Shown here: piece after piece, positions 11,295 to 24,800 of the stretch
Layout: each line of letters starts with the position of its first letter
Position numbering within the stretch: position 1 is the first letter of the stretch
NCBI RefSeq assembly: GCF_009914755.1
Contig: NC_060925.1
Length of the DNA: 64,000 bases
Reading direction: 5' to 3' (one strand)
Origin: the human T2T-CHM13v2.0 reference genome, Homo sapiens
Made by a program: the position numbers and the translations under genes
The notes under the pieces: model-generated
What the model was told of the DNA's origin: nothing
Databases searched by the model: none
Seen by the model: the letters and a program-made list of their open reading frames with translations, nothing else

Positions 11295-14200
11295 GAATTC
11301 TCAGTAACTTCCTTGTGTTGTGTGTATTCAACTCACAGAGTTGAACGATCCTTTACACAGAGCAGACTTGAAACACTCTTTTTGTGGAATTTGCAAGTGG
11401 AGATTTCAGCCGCTTTGAGGTCAATGGTAGAAAAGGAAACTATCTTCATATAAAGACTAGACAGAATGATTCTCAGAAAATCTTTTGTGATGTGTGCGTT
11501 CAACTCACAGAGTTTAACTTTTCTTCTCATAGAGCAGTTAGGAAACACTCTGTTTGTAAAGTCTGCAAGTGGATATTCAGACCTCTTTGAGACCTTCGTT
11601 GGAAACGGGATTTCTTCATATTATGCTAGACAGAATAATTCTCAGTAACTTCATTGTGTTGTGTGTATTCAACTCACAGAGTTGAAGGATCCTTTACAGA
11701 GAGCAGGCTTGAAACACTCTTTTTGTCGAATTTGCAAGTGGAGATTTCAGCCGCTTTGAGGTCAATGGTAGAACAGGAAATATCTTCTTATAGAAACTAG
11801 ACAGAATGATTCTCATGAACTCCTTTGTGATGTGTGCGTTCAACTCACAGAGTTTAACCTTTCTTTTCATAGAGCAGTTAGGAAACACTCTGTTTGTAAA
11901 GTCTGCAAGTGGATATTCAGACCTCCTTGAGGCCTTCGTTGGAAACGGGATTTCTTCATATTCTGCTAGACAGAAGAATTCTCAGTAACTTCCTTGTGTT
12001 GTGTTTATTCAACTCACAGAGTTGAATGATCCTTTACACAGAGCAGACTTGAAACACTCTTTTTGTGGAATTTGCAAGTGGAGATTTCAGCCGCTTTGAG
12101 GTCAATGGTAGAAAAGTAAATATCTTCGTATAAAGACTAGACAGAATGATTCTCAGAAACTCCTTTGTGATGTGTGCGTTCAACTCACAGAGTTTAACCT
12201 TTCTGTTCATAGAGCAGTTAGGAAACACTCTGTTTGTAAAGTCTGCAAGTGGATATTCAGACCTCCTTGAGGCCTTCGTTGGAAACGGGATTTCTTCATA
12301 TTCTGCTAGACAGAAGAATTCTCAGTAACTTCCTTGTGTTGTGTGTATTCAACTCACAGAGTTGAACGATCCTTTACACAGAGCAGACTTGAAACACTCT
12401 TTTTGTGGAATTTGCAAGTGGAGATTTCAGCCGCTTTGAGGTCAATGGTAGAAAAGGAAACTATCTTCATATAAAGACTAGACAGAATGATTCTCAGAAA
12501 ATCTTTTGTGATGTGTGCGTTCAACTCACAGAGTTTAACTTTTCTTCTCATAGAGCAGTTAGGAAACACTCTGTTTGTAAAGTCTGCAAGTGGATATTCA
12601 GACCTCTTTGAGGCCTTCGTTGGAAACGGGATTTCTTCATATTATGCTAGACAGAATAATTCTCAGTAACTTCCTTGTGTTGTGTGTATTCAACTCACAG
12701 AGTTGAACGATCCTTTACAGACAGCAGGCTTGAAACACTCTTTTTGTCGAATTTGCAAGTGGAGATTTCAGCCGCTTTGTGGTCAATGGTAGAATACGAA
12801 ACATCTTCTTATAGAAACTAGACAAAATGATTCTCATGAACTCCTTTGTGATGTGTGCGTTCAACTCACAGAGTTTAACCTTTCTTTTCATAGAGCAGTT
12901 AGGAAACACTCTGTTTGTAAAGTCTGCAAGTGGATATTCAGACCTCCTTGAGGCCTTCGTTGGAAACGGGATTTCTTCATATTCTGCTAGACAGAAGAAT
13001 TCTCAGTAACTTCCTTGTGTTGTGTTTATTCAACTCACAGAGTTGAATGATCCTTTACACAGAGCAGACTTGAAACACTCTTTTTGTGGAATTTGCAAGT
13101 GGAGATTTCAGCCGCTTTGAGGTCAATGGTAGAAAGGTAAATATCTTCGTATAAAGACTAGACAGAATGATTCTCAGAAACTCCTTTGTGATGTGTGCGT
13201 TCAACTCACAGAGTTTAACCTTTCTGTTCATAGAGCAGTTAGGAAACACTCTGTTTGTAAAGTCTGCAAGTGGATATTCAGACCTCCTTGAGGCCTTCGT
13301 TGGAAACGGGATTTCTTCATATTCTGCTAGACAGAAGAATTCTCAGTAACTTCCTTGTGTTGTGTGTATTCAACTCACAGAGTTGAACGATCCTTTACAC
13401 AGAGCAGACTTGAAACACTCTTTTTGTGGAATTTGCAAGTGGAGATTTCAGCCGCTTTGAGGTCAATAGTAGAAAAGGAAATATCTTCGTAGAAAAACTA
13501 GACAGAATGATTCTCAGAAACTCCTTTGTGATGTGTGTGTTCAACTCACAGAGTTTAACCTTTCTTTTCATAGAGCAGTTAGTAAACACTCTGTTTATAA
13601 AGTCTGCAAGTGGATATTCAGACCCCTTTGAGGCCTTCGTTGGAAACGGGATTTCTTCATATTATGCTAGACAGAAGAATTCTCAGTAACTTCCTTGTGT
13701 TGTGTGTATTCAACTGACAGAGTTGAACTTTCATTTAGAGAGAGCAGATTTGAAACACTGTTTTTGTGGAATTTGCAAGTGGAGATTTCAAGCGCTTTGG
13801 GGCCAAAGGCAGAAAAGGAAATATCTTCGTATAAAAACTAGACAGAATCATTCTCAGAAACTGCTGCGTGATGTGTGCGTTCAACTCTCAGAGTTTAACT
13901 TTTCTTTTCATTCAGCGGTTTGGAAACACTGTGTTTGTAAAGTCTGCACGTGGATATTTTGACCACTTAGAGGCCTTCGTTGGAAACGGGTTTTTTTCAT
14001 GTAAGGCTAGACAGAAGAATTCCCAGTAACTTCCTTGTGTTGTGTGCATTCAACTCACAGAGTTGAAAGTTCCCTTAGACAGAGCAGATTTGAAACACTC
14101 TATTTGTGCAATTTCCAAGTGTAGATTTCAAGCGCTTTAAGGTCAACGGCAGAAAAGGAAATATCTTCGTTTCAAAACTAGAGAGAATCATTCCCACAAA

Positions 14201-17075
14201 CTGCGTTGTGATGTGTTCGTTCAACTCACAGAGTTTAACCTTTCTGTTCATAGAGCAGTTAGGAAACACTCTGTTTGTAAAGTCTGTAAGTGGATATTCT
14301 GACATCTTGTGGCCTTCGTTGGAAACGGGATTTCTTCATATTCTGCTAGACAGAAGAATTCTCAGTAACTTCCTTGTGTTGTGTGTATTCAACTCACAGA
14401 GTTGAACGATCCTTTACACAGAGCAGACTTGAAACACTCTTTTTGTGGAATTTGCAAGTGGAGATTTCAGCCTCTTTGAGGTCAATGGTAGAAAAGGAAA
14501 CTATCTTCATATAAAGACTAGACAGAATGATTCTCAGAAAATCTTTTGTGATGTGTGCGTTCAACTCACAGAGTTTAACTTTTCTTCTCATAGAGCAGTT
14601 AGGAAACACTCTGTTTGTAAAGTCTGCAAGTGGATATTCAGACCTCTTTGAAGCCTTCGTTGGAAACGGGATTTCTTCATATTATGCTAGACAGAATAAT
14701 TCTCAGTAACTTCCTTGTGTTGTGTGTATTCAACTCACAGAGTTGAACGATCCTTTACAGAGATCAGGATTGAAACACTCTTTTTGTCGAATTTGCAAGT
14801 GGAGATTTCAGCCGCTTTGAGGTCAATGGTAGAATAGGAAATATCTTCTTATAGAAACTAGACAGAATGATTCTCATAAACTCCTTTGTGATGTGTGCGT
14901 TCAACTCACAGAGTTTAACCTTTCTTTTCATAGAGCAGTTAGGAAACACTCTGTTTGTAAAGTCTGCAAGTGGATATTCAGACCTCCTTGAGGCCTTCGT
15001 TGGAAACGGGATTTCTTCATATTCTGCTAGACAGAAGAATTCTCAGTAACTTCCTTGTGTTGTGTTTATTCAACTCACAGAGTTGAATGATCCTTTACAC
15101 AGAGCAGACTTGAAACACTCTTTTTGTGGAATTTGCAAGTGGAGATTTCAGCCGCTTTGAGGTCAATGGTAGAAAAGTAAATATCTTCGTATAAAGACTA
15201 GACAGAATGATTCTCAGAAACTCCTTTGTGATGTGTGCGTTCAACTCACAGAGTTTAACCTTTCTGTTCATAGAGCAGTTAGGAAACACTCTGTTTGTAA
15301 AGTCTGCAAGTGGATATTCAGACCTCCTTGAGGCCTTCGTTGGAAACGGGATTTCTTCATATTCTGCTAGACAGAAGAATTCTCAGTAACTTCCTTGTGT
15401 TGTGTGTATTCAACTCACAGAGTTGAACGATCCTTTACACAGAGCAGACTTGAAACACTCTTCTTGTGGAATTTGCAAGTGGAGATTTCAGCCGCTTTGA
15501 GGTCAATGGTAGAAAAGTAAATATCTTCGTATAAAGACTAGACAGAATGATTCTCAGAAACTCCTTTGTGATGTGTGCGTTCAACTCACAGAGTTTAACT
15601 TTTCTTTTCATAGAGCAGTTAGGAAACACTCTGTTTGTAAAGTCTGCAAGTGGATATTCAGACCTCTTTGAGGCCTTCGTTGGAAACGGGATTTCTTCAT
15701 ATTATGCTAGACAGAAGAATTCTCAGTAACTTCCTTGTGTTGTGTGTATTCAACTCACAGAGTTGAACGATCCTTTACACAGAGCAGACTTGAAACATTC
15801 TTTTTGTGGAATTTGCAAGTGGAGATTTCAGCCGCTTTGAGGTCAATGGTAGAATAGGAAATATCTTCCTATAGAAACTAGACAGAACGATTCTCAGAAA
15901 CTCCTTTGTGATGTGTGCGTTCAACTCACAGAGTTTAACCTTTCTTTTCATAGAGCAGTTAGGAAACACTCTGTTTGTAAAGTCTGCAAGTGGATATTCA
16001 GACCTCTTTGAGGCCTTCGTTGGAAACGGGATTTCTTCCTATTCTGCTACACAGAAGAATTCTCAGTAACTTCCTTGTGTTGTGTGTATTCAACTCACAG
16101 AGTTGAACGATCCTTTACACAGAGCAGACTTGAAACACTCTTTTTGTGGAATTTGCAAGTGGAGATTTCAGCCGCTTTGAGGTCAATAGTAGAAAAGGAA
16201 ATATCTTCGTAGAAAAACTAGACAGAATGATTCTCAGAAACTCCTTTGTGATGTGTGTGTTCAACTCACAGAATTTAACCTTTCTTTTCATAGAGCAGTT
16301 AGTAAACACTCTGTTTATAAAGTCTGCCAGTGGATATTCAGACCCCTTTGAGGCCTTCGTTGGAAACGGGATTTCTTCATATTATGCTAGACAGAAGAAT
16401 TCTCAGTAACTTCCTTGTGTTGTGTGTATTCAACTGACAGAGTTGAACTTTCATTTAGAGAGAGCAGATTTGAAACACTGTTTTTGTGGAATTTGCAAGT
16501 GGAGATTTCAAGCGCTTTGGGGCCAAAGGCAGAAAAGGAAATATCTTCGTATAAAAACTAGACAGAATCATTCTCAGAAACTGCTGCGTGATGTGTGCGT
16601 TCAACTCTCAGAGTTTAACTTTTCTTTTCATTCAGCGGTTTGGAAACACTCTGTTTGTAAAGTCTGCACGTGGATATTTTGACCACTTAGAGGCCTTCGT
16701 TGGAAACGGGTTTTTTTCATGTAAGGCTAGACAGAAGAATTCCCAGTAACTTCCTTGTGTTGTGTGCATTCAACTCACAGAGTTGAACGTTCCCTTAGAC
16801 AGAGCAGATTTGAAACACTCTATTTGTGCAATTTGCAAGTGTAGATTTCAAGCGCTTTAAGGTCAACGGCAGAAAAGGAAATATCTTCGTTTCAAAACTA
16901 GACAGAATCATTCCCACAAACTGCGTTGTGATGTGTTCGTTCAACTCACAGAGTTTAACCTTTCTGTTCATAGAGCAGTTAGGAAACACTCTGTTTGTAA
17001 AGTCTGTAAGTGGATATTCTGACATCTTGTGGCCTTCGTTGGAAACGGGATTTCTTCATATTCTGCTAGACAGAA
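11295..17075 (+). repeat. 6-mer ABC + 12-mer ABCFGH + 16-mer ABCDEFGH (5,781 bp)
   Basis: A at 11333, 12354, 14394 and 17114. Confidence 0.88.
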
Positions 17076-20000
17076 GAATTCTCAGTAACTTCCTTGTGTT
17101 GTGTGTATTCAACTCACAGAGTTGAACGATCCTTTACACAGAGCAGACTTGAAACACTCTTTTTGTGGAATTTGCAAGTGGAGATTTCAGCCGCTTTGAG
17201 GTCAATGGTAGAAAAGGAAACTATCTTCATATAAAGACTAGACAGAATGATTCTCAGAAAATCTTTTGTGATGTGTGCGTTCAACTCACAGAGTTTAACT
17301 TTTCTTCTCATAGAGCAGTTAGGAAACACTCTGTTTGTAAAGTCTGCAAGTGGATATTCAGACCTCTTTGAGACCTTCGTTGGAAACGGGATTTCTTCAT
17401 ATTATGCTAGACAGAATAATTCTCAGTAACTTCATTGTGTTGTGTGTATTCAACTCACAGAGTTGAAGGATCCTTTACAGAGAGCAGGCTTGAAACACTC
17501 TTTTTGTCGAATTTGCAAGTGGAGATTTCAGCCGCTTTGAGGTCAATGGTAGAATAGGAAATATCTTCTTATAGAAACTAGACAGAATGATTCTCATAAA
17601 CTCCTTTGTGATGTGTGCGTTCAACTCACAGAGTTTAACCTTTCTTTTCATAGAGCAGTTAGGAAACACTCTGTTTGTAAAGTCTGCAAGTGGATATTCA
17701 GACCTCCTTGAGGCCTTTGTTGGAAACGGGATTTCTTCATATTCTGCTAGACAGAAGAATTCTCAGTAACTTCCTTGTGTTGTGTTTATTCAACTCACAG
17801 AGTTGAATGATCCTTTACACAGAGCAGACTTGAAACACTCTTTTTGTGGAATTTGCAAGTGGAGATTTCAGCCGCTTTGAGGTCAATGGTAGAAAAGTAA
17901 ATATCTTCGTATAAAGACTAGACAGAATGATTCTCAGAAACTCCTTTGTGATGTGTGCGTTCAACTCACAGAGTTTAACCTTTCTGTTCATAGAGCAGTT
18001 AGGAAACACTCTGTTTGTAAAGTCTGCAAGTGGATATTCAGACCTCCTTGAGGCCTTCGTTGGAAACGGGATTTCTTCATATTCTGCTAGACAGAAGAAT
18101 TCTCAGTAACTTCCTTGTGTTGTGTGTATTCAACTCACAGAGTTGAACGATCCTTTACACAGAGCAGACTTGAAACACTCTTTTTGTGGAATTTGCAAGT
18201 GGAGATTTCAGCCGCTTTGAGGTCAATGGTAGAAAAGGAAACTATCTTCATATAAAGACTAGACAGAATGATTCTCAGAAAATCTTTTGTGATGTGTGCG
18301 TTCAACTCACAGAGTTTAACTTTTCTTCTCATAGAGCAGTTAGGAAACACTCTGTTTGTAAAGTCTGCAAGTGGATATTCAGACCTCTTTGAGGCCTTCG
18401 TTGGAAACGGGATTTCTTCATATTATGCTAGACAGAATAATTCTCAGTAACTTCCTTGTGTTGTGTGTATTCAACTCACAGAGTTGAAGGATCCTTTACA
18501 GACAGCAGGCTTGAAACACTCTTTTTGTCGAATTTGCAAGTGGAGATTTCAGCCGCTTTGTGGTCAATGGTAGAATACGAAACATCTTCTTATAGAAACT
18601 AGACAAAATGATTCTCATGAACTCCTTTGTGATGTGTGCGTTCAACTCACAGAGTTTAACCTTTCTTTTCATAGAGCAGTTAGGAAACACTCTGTTTGTA
18701 AAGTCTGCAAGTGGATATTCAGACCTCCTTGAGGCCTTCGTTGGAAACGGGATTTCTTCATATTCTGCTAGACAGAAGAATTCTCAGTAACTTCCTTGTG
18801 TTGTGTTTATTCAACTCACAGAGTTGAATGATCCTTTACACAGAGCAGACTTGAAACACTCTTTTTGTGGAATTTGCAAGTGGAGATTTCAGCCGCTTTG
18901 AGGTCAATGGTAGAAAGGTAAATATCTTCGTATAAAGACTAGACAGAATGATTCTCAGAAACTCCTTTGTGATGTGTGCGTTCAACTCACAGAGTTTAAC
19001 CTTTCTGTTCATAGAGCAGTTAGGAAACACTCTGTTTGTAAAGTCTGCAAGTGGATATTCAGACCTCCTTGAGGCCTTCGTTGGAAACGGGATTTCTTCA
19101 TATTCTGCTAGACAGAAGAATTCTCAGTAACTTCCTTGTGTTGTGTGTATTCAACTCACACAGTTGGACGATCCTTTACACAGAGCAGATTTGAAACACT
19201 CTTTTTGTGGAATTTGCAAGTGGAGATTTCAGCCGCTTTGAGGTCAATAGTAGAAAAGGAAATATCTTCGTAGAAAAACTAGACAGAATGATTCTCAGAA
19301 ACTCCTTTGTGATGTGTGTGTTCAACTCACAGAGTTTAACCTTTCTTTTCATAGAGCAGTTAGTAAACACTCTGTTTATAAAGTCTGCAAGTGGATATTC
19401 AGACCCCTTTGAGGCCTTCGTTGGAAACGGGATTTCTTCATATTATGCTAGACAGAAGAATTCTCAGCAACTTCCTTGTGTTGTGTGTATTCAACTGACA
19501 GAGTTGAACTTTCATTTAGAGAGAGCAGATTTGAAACACTGTTTTTGTGGAATTTGCAAGTGGAGATTTCAAGCGCTTTGGGGCCAAAGGCAGAAAAGGA
19601 AATATCTTCGTATAAAAACTAGACAGAATCATTCTCAGAAACTGCTGCGTGATGTGTGCGTTCAACTCTCAGAGTTTAACTTTTCTTTTCATTCAGCGGT
19701 TTGGAAACACTCTGTTTGTAAAGTCTGCACGTGGATATTTTGACCACTTAGAGGCCTTCGTTGGAAACGGGTTTTTTTCATGTAAGGCTAGACAGAAGAA
19801 TTCCCAGTAACTTCCTTGTGTTGTGTGCATTCAACTCACAGAGTTGAAAGTTCCCTTAGACAGAGCAGATTTGAAACACTCTATTTGTTCAATTTGCAAG
19901 TGTAGATTTCAAGCGCTTTAAGGTCAACGGCAGAAAAGGAAATATCTTCGTTTCAAAACTAGACAGAATCATTCCCACAAACTGCGTTGTGATGTGTTCG

Positions 20001-20136
20001 TTCAACTCACAGAGTTTAACCTTTCTGTTCATAGAGCAGTTAGGAAACACTCTGTTTGTAAAGTCTGTAAGTGGATATTCTGACATCTTGTGGCCTTCGT
20101 TGGAAACGGGATTTCTTCATATTCTGCTAGACAGAA
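17076..20136 (+). repeat. 6-mer ABC + 12-mer ABCFGH
   Basis: A at 17114, 18135 and 20175; same private markers as 2794-5854 (gagacc; gaatacgaaacatc). Confidence 0.88.
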
Positions 20137-21836
20137 GAATTCTCAGTAACTTCCTTGTGTTGTGTGTATTCAACTCACAGAGTTGAACGATCCTTTACAC
20201 AGAGCAGACTTGAAACACTCTTTTTGTGGAATTTGCAAGTGGAGATTTCAGCCGCTTTGAGGTCAATGGTAGAAAAGGAAACTATCTTCATATAAAGACT
20301 AGACAGAATGATTCTCAGAAACTCCTTTGTGATGTGTGCGTTCAACTCACAGAGTTTAACCTTTCTGTTCATAGAGCAGTTAGGAAACACTCTGTTTGTA
20401 AAGTCTGCAAGTGGATATTCAGACCTCCTTGAGGCCTTCGTTGGAAACGGGATTTCTTCATATTCTGCTAGACAGAAGAATTCTCAGTAACTTCCTTGTG
20501 TTGTGTGTATTCAACTCACAGAGTTGAACGATGCTTTACACAGAGCAGACTTGAAACATTCTTTTTGTGGAATTTGCAAGTGGAGATTTCAGCCGCTTTG
20601 AGGTCAATGGTAGAATAGGAAATATCTTCCTATAGAAACTAGACAGAACGATTCTCAGAAACTCCTTTGTGATGTGTGCGTTCAACTCACAGAGTTTAAC
20701 CTTTCTTTTCATAGAGCAGTTAGGAAACACTCTGTTTGTAAAGTCTGCAAGTGGATATTCAGACCTCTTTGAGGCCTTCGTTGGAAACGGGATTTCTTCC
20801 TATTCTGCTAGACAGAAGAATTCTCAGTAACTTCCTTGTGTTGTGTGTATTCAACTCACAGAGTTGAACGATCCTTTACACAGAGCAGACTTGAAACACT
20901 CTTTTTGTGGAATTTGCAAGTGGAGATTTCAGCCGCTTTGAGGTCAATAGTAGAAAAGGAAATATCTTCGTAGAAAAACTAGACAGAATGATTCTCAGAA
21001 ACTCCTTTGTGATGTGTGTGTTGAACTCACAGAGTTTAAGCTTTCTTTTCATAGAGCAGTTAGTAAACACTCTGTTTATAAATTCTGCAAGTGGATATTC
21101 AGACCCCTTTGTGGCCTTCGTTGGAAACGGGATTTCTTCATATTATGCTAGACTGAAGAATTCTCAGTAAATTCCTTGTGTTGTGTGTATTCAACTGACA
21201 GAGTTGAACTTTCATTTGGAGAGAGCAGATTTGAAACACTGTTTTTGTGGAATTTGCAAGTGGAGATTTCAAGCGCTTTGGGGCCAAAGGCAGAAAAGGA
21301 AATATCTTCGTATAAAAACTAGACAGAATCATTCTCAGAAACTGCTGCGTGATGTGTGCGTTCAACTCTCAGAGTTTAACTTTTCTTTTCATTCAGCGGT
21401 TTGGAAACACTCTGTGTGTAAAGTCTGCACGTGGATATTTTGACCACTTAGAGGCCTTCGTTGGAAACGGGTTTTTTTCATGTAAGGCTAGACAGAAGAA
21501 TTCCCAGTAACTTCCTTGTGTTGTGTGCATTCAACTCACAGAGTTGAACGTTCCCTTAGACAGAGCAGATTTGAAACACTCTATTTGTGCAATTTGCAAG
21601 TGTAGATTTCAAGCGCTTTAAGGTCAACGGCAGAAAAGGAAATATCTTCGTTTCAAAACTAGACAGAATCATTCCCACAAACTGCGTTGTGATGTGTTCG
21701 TTCAACTCACAGAGTTTAACCTTTCTGTTCATAGAGCTGTTAGGAAACACTCTGTTTGTAAAGTCTGTAAGTGGATATTCTGACATCTTGTGGCCTTCGT
21801 TGGAAACGGGATTTCTTCATATTCTGCTAGACAGAA
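20137..21836 (+). repeat. 10-mer variant (A/C hybrid)EFGH (1,700 bp)
   Basis: First monomer is A-type (aaactatcttcat) and second is C-type (actccttt, ctgttc, ctcctt), followed directly by E. Confidence 0.85.
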
Positions 21837-24800
21837 GAATTCTCAGTAACTTCCTTGTGTTGTGTGTATTCAACTCACAGAGTTGAACGATCCTTTACAC
21901 AGAGCAGACTTGAAACACTCTTTTTGTGGAATTTGCAAGTGGAGATTTCAGCCGCTTTGAGGTCAATGGTAGAAAAGGAAACTATCTTCATATAAAGACT
22001 AGACAGAATGATTCTCAGAAAATCTTTTGTGATGTGTGCGTTCAACTCACAGAGTTTAACTTTTCTTCTCATAGAGCAGTTAGGAAAGACTCTGTTTGTA
22101 AAGTCTGCAAGTGGATATTCAGACCTCTTTGAGGCCTTCGTTAGAAACGGGATTTCTTCATATTATGCTAGACAGAATAATTCTCAGTAACTTCCTTGTG
22201 TTGTGTGTATTCAACTCACAGAGTTGAACGATCCTTTACAGAGAGCAGGCTTGAAACACTCTATTTGTCGAATTTGCAAGTGGAGATTTCAGCCGCTTTG
22301 AGGTCAATGGTAGAATAGGAAATATCTTCTTATAGAAACTAGACAGAATGATTCTCATAAACTCCTTTGTGATGTGTGCGTTCAACTCACAGAGTTTAAC
22401 CTTTCTTTTCATAGAGCAGTTAGGAAACACTCTGTTTGTAAAGCCTGCAAGTGGATATTCAGACCTCCTTGAGGCCTTCGTTGGAAACGGGATTTCTTCA
22501 TATTCTGCTAGACAGAAGAATTCTCAGTAACTTCCTTGTGTTGTGTTTATTCAACTCACAGAGTTGAATGATCCTTTACACAGAGCAGACTTGAAACACT
22601 CTTTTTGTGGAATTTGCAAGTGGAGATTTCAGCCGCTTTGAGGTCAATGGTAGAAAAGTAAATATCTTCGTATAAAGACTAGACAGAATGATTCTCAGAA
22701 ACTCCTTTGTGATGTGTGCGTTCAACTCACAGAGTTTAACCTTTCTGTTCATAGAGCAGTTAGGAAACACTCTGTTTGTAAAGTCTGCAAGTGGATATTC
22801 AGACCTCCTTGAGGCCTTCGTTGGAAACGGGATTTCTTCATATTCTGCTAGACAGAAGAATTCTCAGTAACTTCCTTGTGTTGTGTGTATTCAACTCACA
22901 GAGTTGAACGATCCTTTACACAGAGCAGACTTGAAACACTCTTTTTGTGGAATTTGCAAGTGGAGATTTCAGCCGCTTTGAGGTCAATAGTAGAAAAGGA
23001 AATATCTTCGTAGAAAAACTAGACAGAATGATTCTCAGAAACTCCTTTGTGATGTGTGTGTTCAACTCACAGAGTTTAACCTTTCTTTTCATAGAGCAGT
23101 TAGTAAACACTCTGTTTATAAAGTCTGCAAGTGGATATTCAGACCCCTTTGAGGCCTTCGTTGGAAACGGGATTTCTTCATATTATGCTAGACAGAAGAA
23201 TTCTCAGTAACTTTCTTGTGTTGTGTGTATTCAACTGACAGAGTTGAACTTTCATTTAGAGAGAGCAGATTTGAAACACTGTTTTTGTGGAATTTGCAAG
23301 TGGAGATTTCAAGCGCTTTGGGGCCAAAGGCAGAAAAGGAAATATCTTCGTATAAAAACTAGACAGAATCATTCTCAGAAACTGCTGCGTGATGTGTGCG
23401 TTCAACTCTCAGAGTTTAACTTTTCTTTTCATTCAGCGGTTTGGAAACACTCTGTTTGTAAAGTCTGCACGTGGATATTTTGACCACTTAGAGGCCTTCG
23501 TTGGAAACGGGTTTTTTTCATGTAAGGCTAGACAGAAGAATTCCCAGTAACTTCCTTGTGTTGTGTGCATTCAACTCACAGAGTTGAACGTTCCCTTAGA
23601 CAGAGCAGATTTGAAACACTCTATTTGTGCAATTTGCAAGTGTAGATTTCAAGCGCTTTAAGGTCAACGGCAGAAAAGGAAATATCTTCGTTTCAAAACT
23701 AGAGAGAATCATTCCCACAAACTGCGTTGTGATGTGTTCGTTCAACTCACAGAGTTTAACCTTTCTGTTCATAGAGCAGTTAGGAAACACTCTGTTTGTA
23801 AAGTCTGTAAGTGGATATTCTGACATCTTGTGGCCTTCGTTGGAAACGGGATTTCTTCATATTCTGCTAGACAGAAGAATTCTCAGTAACTTCCTTGTGT
23901 TGTGTGTATTCAACTCACAGAGTTGAACGATCTTTTACACAGAGCAGACTTGAAACACTCTTTTTGTGGAATTTGCAAGTGGAGATTTCAGCCGCTTTGA
24001 GGTCAATGGTAGAAAAGGAAACTATCTTCATATAAAGACTAGACAGAATGATTCTCAGAAAATCTTTTGTGATGTGTGCGTTCAACTCACAGAGTTTTAC
24101 TTTTCTTCTCATAGAGCAGTTAGGAAACACTCTGTTTGTAAAGTCTGCAAGTGGATATTCAGACCTCTTTGAGGCCTTCGTTGGAAACGGGATTTCTTCA
24201 TATTATGCTAGACAGAATAATTCTCAGTAACTTCCTTGTGTTGTGTGTATTCAACTCACAGAGTTGAAGGATCCTTTACAGAGAGCAGGCTTGAAACACT
24301 CTTTTTGTCGAATTTGCAAGTGGAGATTTCAGCCGCTTTGAGGTCAATGGTAGAATAGGAAATATCTTCTTATAGAAACTAGACAGAATGATTCTCATAA
24401 ACTCCTTTGTGATGTGTGCGTTCAACTCACAGAGTTTAACCTTTCTTTTCATAGAGCAGTTAGGAAACACTCTGTTTGAAAAGTCTGCAAGTGGATATTC
24501 AGACCTCCTTGAGGCCTTCGTTGGAAACGGGATTTCTTCATATTCTGCTAGACAGAAGAATTCTCAGTAACTTCCTTGTGTTGTGTTTATTCAACTCACA
24601 GAGTTGAATGATCCTTTACACAGAGCAGACTTGAAACACTCTTTTTGTGGAATTTGCAAGTGGAGATTTCAGCCGCTTTGAGGTCAATGGTAGAAAAGTA
24701 AATATCTTCGTATAAAGACTAGACAGAATGATTCTCAGAAACTCCTTTGTGATGTGTGCGTTCAACTCACAGAGTTTAACCTTTCTGTTCATAGAGCAGT

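Noticed and set aside
19207-19743. Longest ORF (178 aa)
   Set aside because: A single T>C at 19468 (TAA>CAA) fuses two routine satellite ORFs in one copy; there is no evidence of coding function.
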